Notes under the pieces: generated by a model
Told to the model about the DNA's origin: nothing
Seen by the model: the letters and a program-made list of their open reading frames with translations, nothing else
The model's database searches: none
Source of the DNA: an uncultured bacterium
Lineage (GTDB): Bacteria; Chloroflexota; UBA5177; JANWHV01
Reading direction: 5' to 3'
DNA length: 64,000 nucleotides
Assembly: GCA_963729625.1 (NCBI GenBank)
Contig: CAVSOU010000010.1
Location: forward strand, 1,280,001-1,344,000
Translations under genes and position numbers: made by a program
Part shown: in pieces, positions 19,793 through 31,438 of the stretch
Numbering within the stretch: position 1 is the stretch's first letter
How the letters are laid out: each line of letters begins with the position of its first letter

Positions 19793-20420
19793 TCGTGCCG
19801 CCAGCCTGGTGTTTCGCTGCGCCCAGTCGGCTGTGGGGGGGGTCGCCCGCGAGATCGTCTTCCCCTTGCTCGACAGCACAATCACCACGAGCAGACCGTG
19901 CGAAGCATGAGACGGATGCGCTCACAGCCTCCCAGGCGATCTCAGAGTTGTCATCAACTCGCTATGCTGCGATCACGTCCTGGTCATAGAACGTACATAC
20001 TCTGTTCATAGGTCCCGTCATTGCGCCGGAATGCACGACTGTGAGAATCGCGAAAGGTGCCGCCGCTGCATATCAGCAACCCACTTGCCGCGCCGTCGAG
20101 CAGTCTGGAGAGAGGGGCGGCGCGGGGCCGGCTGAGTAATGAGCTTGTGACGCTGCTGCTGTGGTATGCGCCACTGGCCATCGGACCAATGTTCTTGAAA
20201 GGATGCCCTGAAACCGCACTTGAGCGATCGCGGCAGCATCTTCCTATGTCCCGATCTGGACAGGAATCGGGTGCGGTACAGCGGTCATGGCGGATGCGAG
20301 CGCACCTGGCGCCTGTGCACCCAGTGTCCGAGCAATTGACGGTGACGAGTTGAGCTGTGTGCGAGCGGCGCCGTGGTACTGAAGCGCAGCGGCATCCGCG
20401 CGCGTGATCGGGAACCGGCT

Positions 20421-22526
20421 ATGGAACGCCGGCCGATAATCGCACTGCGGCGGCCTGCCCCACCTGCCGGCAATGCCGAGGAAGAGCGAGCGACCCAGCG
20501 CCGTTCAGGCATTGACACGCTGACCAGTGCCTGCTTCTGGGCGCTCGTCACGCTCTACGCGGTGACCTTCACAGCTATCGCGTTGCGGCGCTACGACGCT
20601 TTCATGATGCATGCGCTGGACATGGGCAATATGGAGCAGGCAATCTGGAATACCTTCCACGGACATCCGTTTCGCTTCACCAACATGCGGTCGCATATCG
20701 CCGTAGAAGCGTTCGGTACTGATACGCGCCTCTCCTTTCATGTCGAGCCGATTCTGCTTCCGCTCTCATGTCTGCAGCTCATCTTCGCCGGCCCCCAGGC
20801 ACTGCTGATCCTGCAAACGCTGGTGCTCGCCTCGGGGGCAATACCGGCACGGCAGCTGGCACGTCGGTACCTGGCTCCCAGCCACCTGGCCGAAGTCGCG
20901 CTTCCCCTGGCCTACCTGCTTTTTCCGGCGATGCAGGCAGCCAATCTGTACGAGTTCCATCCCGTCACACTCACGGCAGCCATCCTGCTGTGGGCTTTCG
21001 ACTTTGCGGATCGTCGACTGCCCGCGCCGTTCATGGTGGCCGGGCTGGCCGCTGTGAGCTGCAAGGAGGAGATTGGGCTGGTCGTTGCCCTTATGGCCGT
21101 CTGGAGCATACGTCGCGGCATGCCCAGACGCACCGCCATCCTCTTCGCGCTGTTCTGCGCACTCTGGTCGCTGATCGCGGTGCTGGCGATAATCCCCGCT
21201 GCCGAGCACGCAGAGCATAGCGTCTCGGCGAGCAGCCCGTACTTGACGCGGTATGTGGATCCTGGCTCGCTCACGCCAGGCCAGTATGTGCAAGCGTCTC
21301 CCCTGGATGTAGTGCGCTACTGGCTCCAACACCCAGCCGACCTGGCCAATACCGTGTTTGGGGCGCAGAAGCGTGGCTTTCTGGAGCGACTGCTGGCGCC
21401 CGTGGGCTATCTCTCTCTCCTGAGCCCGCTCGTCATTCTGACGAGCGCGCCAAGCGTGTTACTGGTCCTGTTGTCGAATGACCCCCATATGTTCAGCGGC
21501 ATAGGGCACTATTCAGCCGAGCTGGTAAGCGCACAGATCGTCGCAGCCGTTCTGGGTCTGGCGTGTCTGGTTAGGGTCCTCACGCGCTGGCACATTTCGA
21601 GGCAGCGTGTTATCGCTTGCGGGTGTTTGCTGCTGTGCACGCTCGGCTTGGCAAACTCGCATGCCAACGGCTTCTCGCCGCTGAGCACCAACTTCGAATG
21701 GCCGGCCCTGACGCAACACGACCGGCTTGCCGAACGCATGCTGGAGATGATTCCACCTGCTGCCTCGGTATCGGCGCAGGATACGCTCGATCCGCACGTA
21801 AGTGATCGGGCCGCCATATATCTGTTCCCAGACTATGCGAATGCCGACTACGTGGCGCTGGATGTCTCCGCCAGTGCCATCCCCAGCAAGCCGAGTGCGT
21901 TGCACGACACGGTGGTCGCGATGCTGCAATCACGGCAGTGGGATATGCTGTTCGCCGACGACGGCCTGTTGCTCCTGCATCGACGGCCACAGCGCTCAGA
22001 AGCAGTCCCGGTCCTCCCGGCACAGTTCTACAGCTTCGCACTGCCCACGAACACCTCCTTCGCGCATCCGCTCCAGACCATGATTGCGCCTGGCCTGGAG
22101 TTACTCGGTTACACGCTCACACGCAAGGAGGTGGTCAACCTGCGTACGCCGGATGTCGTCATTACCACGTATTGGCGGGCCACCGCGCGACTCACGCACA
22201 CGTTAACTATTCTGACAGGCCTGACCGATGTCACCGGGCAGCTGTCAGGCCTGAATGGCGAAGAGACCGCTCTCCCCTGGCTGCCCACGACAAACTGGAA
22301 GGTCGGGCAGATCGTCGTGACGTCCAGTACCAGCATTGGGATCGACTCCTCGGATCCCGGAACTGTGTCTGCCTGCGTGAGCGTCTTTCCACGTCTATCG
22401 TTCGGGTTTTCGGGAAGACAGGGCCTGCCCATGTCCGTGACGGGACCCGCCGCAGCCAGTGGGCAGCACCACCTGACCTCGGGTGCGCGAGTCGTGTGCT
22501 TCGGCATCATCCCGGTGATCTTCTAG
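20421..22526 (+). CDS. DUF2079-like polytopic membrane protein (putative GT-C glycosyltransferase) with C-terminal extracellular domain
   Basis: DMGNMEQAIWN, HVEPIL, YEFHPV, CKEE, HYSA motifs and many TM helices. Start may be 20373 or 20421. Confidence 0.75.
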   Translation: MERRPIIALRRPAPPAGNAEEERATQRRSGIDTLTSACFWALVTLYAVTFTAIALRRYDAFMMHALDMGNMEQAIWNTFHGHPFRFTNMRSHIAVEAFGTDTRLSFHVEPILLPLSCLQLIFAGPQALLILQTLVLASGAIPARQLARRYLAPSHLAEVALPLAYLLFPAMQAANLYEFHPVTLTAAILLWAFDFADRRLPAPFMVAGLAAVSCKEEIGLVVALMAVWSIRRGMPRRTAILFALFCALWSLIAVLAIIPAAEHAEHSVSASSPYLTRYVDPGSLTPGQYVQASPLDVVRYWLQHPADLANTVFGAQKRGFLERLLAPVGYLSLLSPLVILTSAPSVLLVLLSNDPHMFSGIGHYSAELVSAQIVAAVLGLACLVRVLTRWHISRQRVIACGCLLLCTLGLANSHANGFSPLSTNFEWPALTQHDRLAERMLEMIPPAASVSAQDTLDPHVSDRAAIYLFPDYANADYVALDVSASAIPSKPSALHDTVVAMLQSRQWDMLFADDGLLLLHRRPQRSEAVPVLPAQFYSFALPTNTSFAHPLQTMIAPGLELLGYTLTRKEVVNLRTPDVVITTYWRATARLTHTLTILTGLTDVTGQLSGLNGEETALPWLPTTNWKVGQIVVTSSTSIGIDSSDPGTVSACVSVFPRLSFGFSGRQGLPMSVTGPAAASGQHHLTSGARVVCFGIIPVIF

Positions 22527-22805
22527 CACGCCGGCCACCGTCCACCCCATGTAGGCTCGCAGCGCGGCGCGCAACGCGGTGTCGGCCGGCAGGCCAGCAT
22601 CGGTGGGACTGCAGAAGGCCTGGGGTATTCCGGCACGCGAGCGTCACGCAGCCACGCGAATGGCCCAGATCAGTGGCACAGCCGAGTACACTGAACCTTC
22701 GGGGGTCAGGGCGGCTGGGCCGCCGCACAGCGCGCGCTGAGCCGTACCGAAAGGAACGCGCGAACGCTTGCCCGCGTTCGCGGGATTTCGACGAAAGGAG
22801 CAGCG

Positions 22806-22913
22806 ATGCACCACAGTGACCACTCTCCCGGTAGGCAGCCACCACCAGTAGGCAACGCGCAGCCACGCCCGATGGTTCGCGCCCCGCGGCCCGAGCCCAA
22901 GAGGTCGCCATGA
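22806..22913 (+). CDS. Candidate 35-aa Pro-rich leader ORF
   Basis: AAAGGAG RBS at 22794-22800, ATG 22806, TGA overlapping the next ATG (ATGA). MHHSDHSPGRQPPPVGNAQPRPMVRAPRPEPKRSP. Confidence 0.4.
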   Translation: MHHSDHSPGRQPPPVGNAQPRPMVRAPRPEPKRSP

Positions 22914-23152
22914 TACGCGACCTCGCGTTGCTCGTCGTCGTTCTCTGTGTTGCATTCACCGTGACCGCGGTTCTGATGCTTCAAAACCAGCGGAAAGGCA
23001 GACAGCTGACCGCCCAGGCGAAAACGCTCCTGGGCATCAAAGGCGCCAGGGAGCAACTGGATGCGCAGCTCTACGCCAACGAGATCACGCCGGAAGAATA
23101 CGGCCGCCGCATCAAACTACTGATGCAGGCCCATCCCGAAGAAACCGCCTAA
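22910..23152 (+). CDS. Small single-pass membrane protein with SHOCT-like C-terminus
   Basis: N-terminal TM, then LDAQLYANEITPEEYGRRIKLL. Confidence 0.65.
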   Translation: MIRDLALLVVVLCVAFTVTAVLMLQNQRKGRQLTAQAKTLLGIKGAREQLDAQLYANEITPEEYGRRIKLLMQAHPEETA

Positions 23153-23170
23153 CGCAAGGAGAAACACCCC

Positions 23171-24082
23171 ATGCTTTGGTTCATCCTGCTGGTCCTGGTG
23201 GTCGTGATCACCGGTGCCTGCACCCTCATCGCCATTAGCGCGACCCAGTACAAAAGCGCCTGGTTCGGCGGCGCGGCGGGCGCCGTCGTCGTGTTCATTT
23301 TCCTCACCCTGTTCATGTCAATCCACCAGATCGGCAGCGGCGAGCTCGGTATCGTCTACAGCATCTCCGGGGTGGTCGACGGCCAACTCGGTCCCGGCAT
23401 GCAGACCGTCGCCCCCTGGAACTCGGTCACCGTGGTCGATGTGAAGACGCAGAGCGTCATCTTCAACAACCTGACTGCGTTTTCCAAAGAGTCTCAGGAC
23501 ATCTCCGGGAACGTCCAGGTCAACTACCACCTGGACCCTGTCGCGGTGCAAAGACTCTACACCACGGTTGGGCCCGACTGGTATGACAAGTACATCCCCG
23601 GAGCTGTTACGCAGGACTTCAAGGAGATCATCACGCAGTACCAGACAACGGATATCGCGCCGAATCGAGCGGCTATCGCTCAGAAACTGCTGAGCAGACT
23701 TCAGGCCGATCTGATCTCGCACAGCATTTACATCGATAACGCGTATGTTCTCAACATCGGGTACTCAGACCAATTCACAGCCGCAATCGAGGCCAAACAG
23801 GTGGCCTCGCAGAAGGTGCAGCAGGCTCAGCTGGAGGCCCAGGCGGTCGTGGCGAAGGCCAAAGGGCAGGCCGATGCCAACGTCGAGCTGGCCCAGGGCA
23901 ACGCCGCCGCGACTGTCGCCGAGGCACAGGGCCAGGCTACGGCGAACCACGATTTGACGAGCAGCATCTCGGATCTCCTGATTCGGTACCAGGAAATCCA
24001 AAAACTCTCACCGAATATCAAGGTGGTGATCGCGCCCAGTACCGGCAACCTACTCAACCTGGGCACGCTGACGGCGCCATAA
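23171..24082 (+). CDS. SPFH/prohibitin family membrane protein
   Basis: Two TMs, GELGIV, LGPGMQTVAPW, FTAAIEAKQVASQ and an Ala-rich coiled coil. Confidence 0.88.
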   Translation: MLWFILLVLVVVITGACTLIAISATQYKSAWFGGAAGAVVVFIFLTLFMSIHQIGSGELGIVYSISGVVDGQLGPGMQTVAPWNSVTVVDVKTQSVIFNNLTAFSKESQDISGNVQVNYHLDPVAVQRLYTTVGPDWYDKYIPGAVTQDFKEIITQYQTTDIAPNRAAIAQKLLSRLQADLISHSIYIDNAYVLNIGYSDQFTAAIEAKQVASQKVQQAQLEAQAVVAKAKGQADANVELAQGNAAATVAEAQGQATANHDLTSSISDLLIRYQEIQKLSPNIKVVIAPSTGNLLNLGTLTAP

Positions 24083-24096
24083 GAAAGGCCGGAGTC

Positions 24097-25035
24097 ATGA
24101 CCGTCGTCGACTGGCTGCTCGACGCGGACCCGTCGATCCGCTGGCAGGCGCTGCGCGACCTGACCGACGCGCCCGCAGAGGAGGTCGCGACCGAGCGGGC
24201 AAGAATCGCGACGGAGGGTGCGGGCGCGCAACTGCTCGCCCTCCAGGCGGCCGACGGCCTGTGGGGCGGCGCGGCGTGGAACCGCGGGTGGAACTCCACC
24301 ATGCACGCCCTGATGCTGCTGCGGGACCTGGGTCTCGACCCGGCGAGCGACCAGGCGCGTCGCGCGGTGAGTCTCGTCCGCGATCGTGTGCGGTGGCAGG
24401 GTGGGGAGTGGGACGGCAACCCCTTCTTTGCCGGCGAAGTCGAGCCCTGCATCAACGGGCAGGTGGCGACGGCCGGCGCCTACTTCGGCCAGGACGTCCA
24501 GGGGATCATCGACCGATTGCTCGGCGAGCAGCTGTCCGACGGCGGCTGGAACTGCGAGGCGCCGAACGGCTCGGCGCGGTCGTCGTTCAACACCACGATC
24601 TGCGTGCTCGAGGCCCTGCTCGAGCACGAACGGTCGGTCGGAGGGATACCGGAGGTGACCGAGACCCGCCTCCGCGGCCAGGAGTACCTCCTCGAGCGCC
24701 GCCTCTTCCGCCGGCGGTCGACCGGTGAGGTGATCGAGCGAGATCGCAAGGGCGGCGGCGCGTGGACGCGGTTCGCCTTCCCGACGTGGTGGCACTACGA
24801 CGTGCTGCGGGGGCTCGAGTACCTGCGCAGCGCCGGCGTCGGACCCGACGAGCGGGTCGCCGAGGCGATCGAGCTGGTCGCGTCGAAGCGCGACGGCGAC
24901 GGGCGATGGCCGCTCGAGACCCGGTACCCCGGCGTAATGCCGCTCGAGATAGACGATGGCGAGGGCCGACCGAGCCGGTGGAACACCTTGCGCGCCCTGC
25001 GCGTGATCCGCTGGTACGAGCGGGCTGGAGCGTAA
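24097..25035 (+). CDS. Prenyltransferase/squalene-cyclase-like alpha-alpha toroid hypothetical protein
   Basis: QW-like repeats QAADGLWG, QLSDGGWNCE, RDGDGRW. FPTWWHYDVLRGL, PSRWNTLRALRV. Confidence 0.7.
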   Translation: MTVVDWLLDADPSIRWQALRDLTDAPAEEVATERARIATEGAGAQLLALQAADGLWGGAAWNRGWNSTMHALMLLRDLGLDPASDQARRAVSLVRDRVRWQGGEWDGNPFFAGEVEPCINGQVATAGAYFGQDVQGIIDRLLGEQLSDGGWNCEAPNGSARSSFNTTICVLEALLEHERSVGGIPEVTETRLRGQEYLLERRLFRRRSTGEVIERDRKGGGAWTRFAFPTWWHYDVLRGLEYLRSAGVGPDERVAEAIELVASKRDGDGRWPLETRYPGVMPLEIDDGEGRPSRWNTLRALRVIRWYERAGA

Positions 25036-25228
25036 AGTCCGTGGTGCTCAGCGGCATCGGGGTGGCTAATTTGGCCATCGATAGGGCCAGCGCAAGGGCT
25101 AAGCCAGTAGCCGCAGCTGATAGGGCCGTCCGCTGCCCAGCCACGCCAGCACCAACCGGAGCAAGCTCAACTGCCCGATCTACGCTCGTTGGCCCTTGGA
25201 ACGTCCATTTGAAGAAAGCGCGTGGTCC

Positions 25229-26305
25229 TTAGCCCGGATGCCTCGCCGGCAGCAGCGGCAGTGTGATGTCCTGCCCGCTCGCCAGCGACAGGTAGCCTGC
25301 CTCCAGGATCTCCTGTGTGTCCCGCCCGGTGGCGGGGCTGACGATCTCGTCGAAGGGCGTGCCTCCCCGCAGACAGGTCGTGAAGTGCTCTACCGCATTG
25401 CGCTGGCCGACAGGAAGGTCCGGCGGCTCGACGAGATAGCCGTCCGGCCGCTCCCTGGTCATCACTTCAATGCTGCCTTCCTCGATCTCCTGCCCTTCGC
25501 GCGACTCGTGTCGCTGGTGGACCACGATCGTGCCGTCCGTGCCGTAGAAGATGGGGCCTGCACCGGCGCCGGGGCCGATCTGGCTCCACGAGGCCTGGGC
25601 CGTGGCCATGGCGCGAGGGTAGGCCATGGTCAAGAGCGCGTTGTCCTCCACCAGGATGTAGTCCTTCTGATAGCGGCCGCCGACGGCGTGTACCCGGTGC
25701 GGCACACCCAGGAGCACGCGCGCCAGCAAGGCCCCATAGCAGCAGTAGTCGATCAGGGCCCCGCCGCCATTCCGCGCTGGGTCGTAGAGCCACTCGTAGA
25801 ACTGCGGTGAGCAACCGAATTCCTTCGGCCCGCAGTGCGCTGCGCGGTAACCTACCTCTGTAATGCGGCCTATCTGCCCCGCTCTCGCCAGGGTGAGCGC
25901 GTGGCGGAAAGCTGGATACCAGGCCACCGGCCAATTCACCATCAGACGGACCCCCGCCTCGCCCGCGGCCGCAAGCATGACGTCCGCCTCACTCAGGCGC
26001 GACGCCATCGGCTTCTCGACGATCACATGCACTCCACGGTGCATTGCTTGCACCGCCAGTGCCGCCGACCGGCTGTTGTCGGCATAGATCATCGCTATGT
26101 CCAGCTGCCCGTGCTCGAGCGCGTCCTCCGGCCGGTCGTAGCGCTGCTCGACCGGGATTGTTTGGGCAAAGCGCCGCACCAACTCCTCGTGTTCATCCGC
26201 CACGGCCACTACCGCGACGGCTCCGGCACCGGCGAGATCCGCCACGTGCTGCCAAATATGATCGTGGGTCAGTCCCAGCACACCTACACGGAGTTGCTCA
26301 ACCAC
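25229..26305 (-). CDS. Gfo/Idh/MocA family oxidoreductase
   Basis: HVIVEKPMA and GGGALIDYCCY motifs. AGGAGG RBS. Confidence 0.9.
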   Translation of the reverse strand: MVEQLRVGVLGLTHDHIWQHVADLAGAGAVAVVAVADEHEELVRRFAQTIPVEQRYDRPEDALEHGQLDIAMIYADNSRSAALAVQAMHRGVHVIVEKPMASRLSEADVMLAAAGEAGVRLMVNWPVAWYPAFRHALTLARAGQIGRITEVGYRAAHCGPKEFGCSPQFYEWLYDPARNGGGALIDYCCYGALLARVLLGVPHRVHAVGGRYQKDYILVEDNALLTMAYPRAMATAQASWSQIGPGAGAGPIFYGTDGTIVVHQRHESREGQEIEEGSIEVMTRERPDGYLVEPPDLPVGQRNAVEHFTTCLRGGTPFDEIVSPATGRDTQEILEAGYLSLASGQDITLPLLPARHPG

Positions 26306-26625
26306 TTTGCTCCTCCTTCAGCGCGAGCACACTACGGGTGCTTCACGCGACCAACTGGCCGCAGCATGGCGTGATGCATGCTACACGCGGATCGAGCTCA
26401 TGATGACACCTTCGTGAGTCGCCGCGCAATACCTGCGGCCCCGGCACTTGCCCTTGTCCTCGTGGCGGCGGATTGCCGAACCATAACCGGTGGATTACGA
26501 AGGCCTAATGCCAGGACCTTGTGGCATGGCAGCAGCAAGCGTGTACTGGATGTAGGCAGGGTCGGCAAACAAGCATCGGGTGCTTGACGGCCTGCCGGAG
26601 AAGCACAGTAGTAAGGATCACGAGC

Positions 26626-26832
26626 ATGGGCATGTTTGTAGCAGCGCCGGTTCTGGCCCTCGTCCTGGGACTGGTGTTCATCGTGGCGCTCTTTCACTTG
26701 GTGTTCAGCTTGCCGCTTTGGCTCATCGTCGGCGGTATCGCCGTCTACCTCTGGTATCGCGGAGGACCACGCCGCCGGTGGCTGGGACGGGGCAGGCGCC
26801 ACGCATACCTGGAGCGGCGAGCGCGCTGGTAG
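26626..26832 (+). CDS. Small membrane protein (~68 aa) with basic tail
   Basis: AAGGA upstream. Two hydrophobic stretches then an Arg-rich tail. Confidence 0.55.
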   Translation: MGMFVAAPVLALVLGLVFIVALFHLVFSLPLWLIVGGIAVYLWYRGGPRRRWLGRGRRHAYLERRARW

Positions 26833-26948
26833 ACGAAAAGCTGTAGCCGCTGCAGGCAGCCTCGCTAAGCAGGTAGTCATTTGTCTCCGTGGCTTTGCCA
26901 CCACAGGCCAGCGCATAGGAAAAGCATGCCAAAGTTATGACTACCTGC

Positions 26949-29900
26949 TTAGAATGCGCAGATTGAGGCGACGAAGTCGCTGGAGCCATCGCGGAGCCAG
27001 CCATCGAGCTGAGCGACGTCCTTGAGTTGCTGGCCGCGTGCCCGCGGCACCTCAACATAGCGACACTCCAGCTCGGGCAGAGCAGTCATGTCGCCCCATA
27101 GCTTCTCGAACTGTGCCACCGGCAGGATATCCTCCTGCCCTTGTCCCCAACGTTTCTTGACGTCCTTCAGCGTGACGTACGTCGGCATGCGCGCCGCGAC
27201 TGCCCGTACCGCTGCCGCGATACGCTCCTCGTCGTGCAGGTCGGCCCTCGTTAGCCCAAAGACCGCCAGCACGCGGTCGATATGTAGCCACATCGTCCCC
27301 GTGTTATAGAACGTGAGAGTGAACTCGTCCTGCTCGCGCGGCATAGCCAGGCCCTCAACCAGCCGCAAGCTCCCGTCGGCGCGGGCCAGGCCGCCGCCCC
27401 GGTCCTCGACGTGTCGCCGGATCACTTCCACGATCATGGCCGCCTGCGTCTCGAGATGCCACGCCAGGAGCGCCGGATCGACGTCCGTACCCGCCGTGTC
27501 GATGTTATGCACCATCAGCACCTGCAGTGCAGGGCGCTCCGCGATGAGCTGCGCCAAAACACCGTTCCTGAGCATGTTGGTGAACTCGAACCAATGGCCA
27601 ACCGGGTGGAGACATTGGAGTGGCAGGTTGTCAGTGTAGTCGCTACCCTCACCCGCTTGTTGGGCCCAGCCGATGAGCGCCGCACGCTGACTGTCCCGCA
27701 CCTTCTGCGCCTGCTCATCAAGCATCTGCTGGGGCATCTCCTCCCAGGCGAAGCGCAGGTCGCGTGTCATCGGCACCAGACGCAAACCGACATTCCGGCC
27801 GGGCGAGAGTACCAGTGGTCCGCCATAGCCGTATCTGTCGTGGGCTTCGAGGAAATCCCGGATCGGCTGGTCGGTCAGAAAGCTGGTCGTGACGACGTGC
27901 GGCAAGTCCACCCCGCACTCCCGGCCGACTCGCCGGCTCTTTGCGAGATGGATCTCGAGAAACGTACGGTGCTTGCCGGCGAGCCTGCAGAACGGGTTGA
28001 GCGCCTTGACCACACCCGCCCCCTCGGTCCAGCGGCTGCCTACGCCGGCCGCGAACGTGACCACCGCGGCAGCGCCCTCGTTGACCAGCCCCCGACCGCG
28101 CTCCTGCAATGCCCGGAGGTCTGGCAGGTCCGCGATGCAGGGCACGTCGCCCGGTTCGGCGTCGCGGATGACGGTCCGCGCCGGCAGCCGGTTCTGGGCC
28201 AGGCCAATGCGGCCACTCCGCAGGTCCGCTCGGATTTGTTCGTGTTGGACGCGGTCGAAGCCGAGTGCGGCGAGCATTTCGTTCAGGCTCTGGCCTTCGC
28301 CATCCACATGCCCTGGCCCGGGCATGACCCGGTCGAAGATCCGCTGCACCGTGCCGGAGAACTCAGGCTGGGTCCGGCAGGCCATGCCGAAGCGGCTTAA
28401 CTCGAAGCGGCGTCCCTGCGAAAGACTGAGCGGGTCCTGCCGTAGGAGCGCGGGAATCGTGAGCGGGTAGTAGCCGGACGGCATCAGTGCCGAACCACCC
28501 GAGAGCAGCTCGGCAAACGTCCCCCGCGTGTTGATGGCGAAGTCGTAGACCACCGGCTCGATTGCAAATGGCAGAGCATGCTCGAGGCGCCGCTTCGTCC
28601 GCACCATGATCTCATGAAGGCGGTCCTTCGCGGCATCTCGCCGCTCCGGCGCGAAGATGAAACCCATACCACCTCCGGAGGCTCCTCCGAGCATCCAGAA
28701 GCCCCAGGACGCCTCGCCGAACTCTGCCCGCACCTCCTCGATCAGCGACTCAGTGAAGAGGTTTGTGGCGCGCGGGACGATCGTTCGAATGGGCCCGAGG
28801 AAGTAGCGCGTGTTCGCGGCGCCGATAGCCCGGATGTCGCCCGTACGCAGAAGGCCCATGACCTCCTCGAGGTGAGCGCACGCCTCTTGCCGCGCGGCCC
28901 ATTCGGCCTCCGAGCGCAGCAAGTACTTCTCGGTCACCATCTCAAGCAGCGGCCCGACGTTCTGCGCCATGCCACCGTGGACAAGCACCAGGCTGTCCTG
29001 GAGACGGCGGCGGGTGTCGGCCGACGCCTCGTCCTCGGTCAGGATGTGGTGGACCGGCAACAGACAGCCGCGGCTGATGCCGTACTCCGGGTCGTCCGGC
29101 GAGGCCAGAACGCCGGTGATCAGCTTCGTGTCGGGCCAGACCCCGCCCGAGTCCTGCCATCCCCCGCCCGAGCCCGCCAACCACTCGCCCAGGATGGCGC
29201 GTGCCGCCACGATGCGCCGCTCGCTTTCGGCGAGTTCGCCAACAAGCGAGGCCGTCTGGCCGGTTGCGCGCATGCACGCCGCGATCAGGCAGGCGAGCAG
29301 GTTGGTGGAAACTGCGAGGCGCGAGCCCTTTGGGATGCCGTTGACGCGGCTGACGAGCTCGATACCCTTGCCTTTGCCAACTACGCGGGCCAGCAGGTCC
29401 TCAAGGCGCTCGCCGGAGCCTTCGATCCCAGGAGGAACGAGGCCGGAAGCGATGACCGCGGCCTTGAGGAGGCCGAGGTAGTCGGCGGCGTAGTCGAACA
29501 CCCCGCCGAGGCTCTTGATCTCTGTCGTGGCGCCGAGGTCCACGCTCGCCAGACGGAGGACAGGCTCGTCGACGACGCGGAAATATGCCTCCACGGGCGG
29601 GCGCGGAGAACGTTCACCGCCCCGGATCGCGAGGTCGATTGAAACGTTCAGCACGCGGGCGCCCTCGGGGTAATCCATCCCGAGAAAGAAGATGTCGCTC
29701 CAGGCACTATGGCTCAGTTCCATGCGGACCGGCGTCGCCTCGTGGAGGATCGGGAACAGGCCGTCTGGCGACCGCTCCAACAGCTCGCGGCGCACTCGAA
29801 GCGGCTGGTCCATGGGATGGCCGACGCGGAACATCCACTGATTGCCGCGCACCGAGCGGACGCTGCGGCGCACCTGATCGGCCAGAGTCTGCAAACCGAG

Positions 29901-30272
29901 ATGACGATATGCTTCGGCCAGGGCGCTGGAGATCGCTGCGCTGTTGCTCGAGTTGCGCTCGGCCGCGAGAAATTCCGCGATCGCTTCTTCGAAGCGCCGT
30001 TGCAGCAGGCGAGCATAGCCCTCATAAGGGATCAGCCCAGAAGATGGTCCGTTGAGCTTCGCCGGCACGTGGAATCGGTGGATCGCGTACAGGAAGAAGA
30101 GTGCGCGCACGCGCTCATAAAGGTTTGCACTGGTGTGTCGCAGGGCCTCCAGGTCCGCACATTCGCGCTGGAGGTCGGCCAGCGACGCCGTTCTGCAGTA
30201 CGCGTCGAGTGATCGGTTGCGCACTGCCGGGTCGGTCGACGTGAGGATCTCGACGAGTTGCCCGCTCATCAT
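26949..30272 (-). CDS. Bifunctional GHMP-type sugar kinase / UDP-sugar pyrophosphorylase (UDPGP-like) fusion, 1107 aa
   Basis: [30 protein letters not shown] and LGGASGGGM (GHMP/fucokinase-like). AAGVGSRW...[24 protein letters not shown] (UDPGP-like). Confidence 0.82.
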   Translation of the reverse strand: MMSGQLVEILTSTDPAVRNRSLDAYCRTASLADLQRECADLEALRHTSANLYERVRALFFLYAIHRFHVPAKLNGPSSGLIPYEGYARLLQRRFEEAIAEFLAAERNSSNSAAISSALAEAYRHLGLQTLADQVRRSVRSVRGNQWMFRVGHPMDQPLRVRRELLERSPDGLFPILHEATPVRMELSHSAWSDIFFLGMDYPEGARVLNVSIDLAIRGGERSPRPPVEAYFRVVDEPVLRLASVDLGATTEIKSLGGVFDYAADYLGLLKAAVIASGLVPPGIEGSGERLEDLLARVVGKGKGIELVSRVNGIPKGSRLAVSTNLLACLIAACMRATGQTASLVGELAESERRIVAARAILGEWLAGSGGGWQDSGGVWPDTKLITGVLASPDDPEYGISRGCLLPVHHILTEDEASADTRRRLQDSLVLVHGGMAQNVGPLLEMVTEKYLLRSEAEWAARQEACAHLEEVMGLLRTGDIRAIGAANTRYFLGPIRTIVPRATNLFTESLIEEVRAEFGEASWGFWMLGGASGGGMGFIFAPERRDAAKDRLHEIMVRTKRRLEHALPFAIEPVVYDFAINTRGTFAELLSGGSALMPSGYYPLTIPALLRQDPLSLSQGRRFELSRFGMACRTQPEFSGTVQRIFDRVMPGPGHVDGEGQSLNEMLAALGFDRVQHEQIRADLRSGRIGLAQNRLPARTVIRDAEPGDVPCIADLPDLRALQERGRGLVNEGAAAVVTFAAGVGSRWTEGAGVVKALNPFCRLAGKHRTFLEIHLAKSRRVGRECGVDLPHVVTTSFLTDQPIRDFLEAHDRYGYGGPLVLSPGRNVGLRLVPMTRDLRFAWEEMPQQMLDEQAQKVRDSQRAALIGWAQQAGEGSDYTDNLPLQCLHPVGHWFEFTNMLRNGVLAQLIAERPALQVLMVHNIDTAGTDVDPALLAWHLETQAAMIVEVIRRHVEDRGGGLARADGSLRLVEGLAMPREQDEFTLTFYNTGTMWLHIDRVLAVFGLTRADLHDEERIAAAVRAVAARMPTYVTLKDVKKRWGQGQEDILPVAQFEKLWGDMTALPELECRYVEVPRARGQQLKDVAQLDGWLRDGSSDFVASICAF

Positions 30273-31150
30273 GACCTCTGGGTCGCCCCGAGGTCGCGCT
30301 GCGCCACCAACTCGAGGAGCAACGCGAGCACTTCTGCGCGGTCCCTTCCGCTAAGCGCCAGGGCAAGTTGCGCGTTGAGAAGGCCGTACCTGGCGCCAAC
30401 GTCGTACCGCCAAGCACGCTCCTCGAGGGCCAGGTATCTCTCCCGCTCGGCCAGCCTGGCCAGTGCCGCGGAAAGCGTGGTCGCGGCCGTGGCCTCGGCC
30501 ACCTGGTCGCTCAGGATCCCCATGATCGTGGGTGTGAGCACGTGCATCCCGAAGAAGCAAAGGTAGTGCCCGGTGCGCAGACCAGGGACGGCAAGCTTGA
30601 GCTCCGCCTCGGTTGGCGTCGGCTTCTCAATGACCGTCTCGACCAGGTAGAGTTCCCGGTGTCCCTGGATGTGGCGGCCCCCGATGGCGCCGAAGTAGGG
30701 GAGCAGACTCTCCCGCGTGGCCTGCACGGTCGAGACCGCGCATTCCTGGGCGGTGGCTGTCTCGACCAACTGTCGGGCGCACGACTTCTCGCTCCCGGAG
30801 ACGTAGAGGTGATCACCGACGAGGTGCAGGAAGGACTCGCCGCCGACAAAGTCGCGGGCGCAGTAGACGGCATGACCGTACCCTAGAGGGCGCTCCTGGC
30901 GGATGAACGTCACATTGGCGCTGCGGTATCCGTGACCCAGGCCATCTCGGTCGCCAATTGCCTCCTGGTAAGACGTTTCATCTCCGGGGGCGACGACCAC
31001 CCCAATTTCCTCGATGCCGGCGCTCACGGCTTCCTCGACAAAGATCTGGAGCAGAGGTTTCTCGACGCCATCGCGGTCAATGAGCATCTGGACGGGCAGG
31101 GTGCGCTGACCGGGCCCGGCCGCCGTGATTACTGCCTTGGTTACATTCAT
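30269..31150 (-). CDS. Sugar-phosphate nucleotidyltransferase, GalU-like
   Basis: [48 protein letters not shown] overlap with the next gene. Confidence 0.85.
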   Translation of the reverse strand: MNVTKAVITAAGPGQRTLPVQMLIDRDGVEKPLLQIFVEEAVSAGIEEIGVVVAPGDETSYQEAIGDRDGLGHGYRSANVTFIRQERPLGYGHAVYCARDFVGGESFLHLVGDHLYVSGSEKSCARQLVETATAQECAVSTVQATRESLLPYFGAIGGRHIQGHRELYLVETVIEKPTPTEAELKLAVPGLRTGHYLCFFGMHVLTPTIMGILSDQVAEATAATTLSAALARLAERERYLALEERAWRYDVGARYGLLNAQLALALSGRDRAEVLALLLELVAQRDLGATQRS

Positions 31151-31438
31151 CGCCGTCGGCCACTCCTTGTCGTGCTGCGCCGTCCAGGATGTGCCAGCGG
31201 AGCACCCTGACACAGATCCCTTCAGGCCGGTGGAGAGGCCCGCAGCATCTCTCGGGCTTGCCTCGCCTGGCCCTCTGTCAAGGTCGCTGCAATGGTGTCA
31301 TTCCTCGGCGCCCCCACCAACGTTAGGATATCCGCTATCAACACGTAGTGGGCCTGCCCACAGTTCGAGCACGACGTTCCGGTCCTAGAGAGCAGTTCAG
31401 CTTCAACGCAAGACGGTTCGCTCACCGTGACCGCCGCG

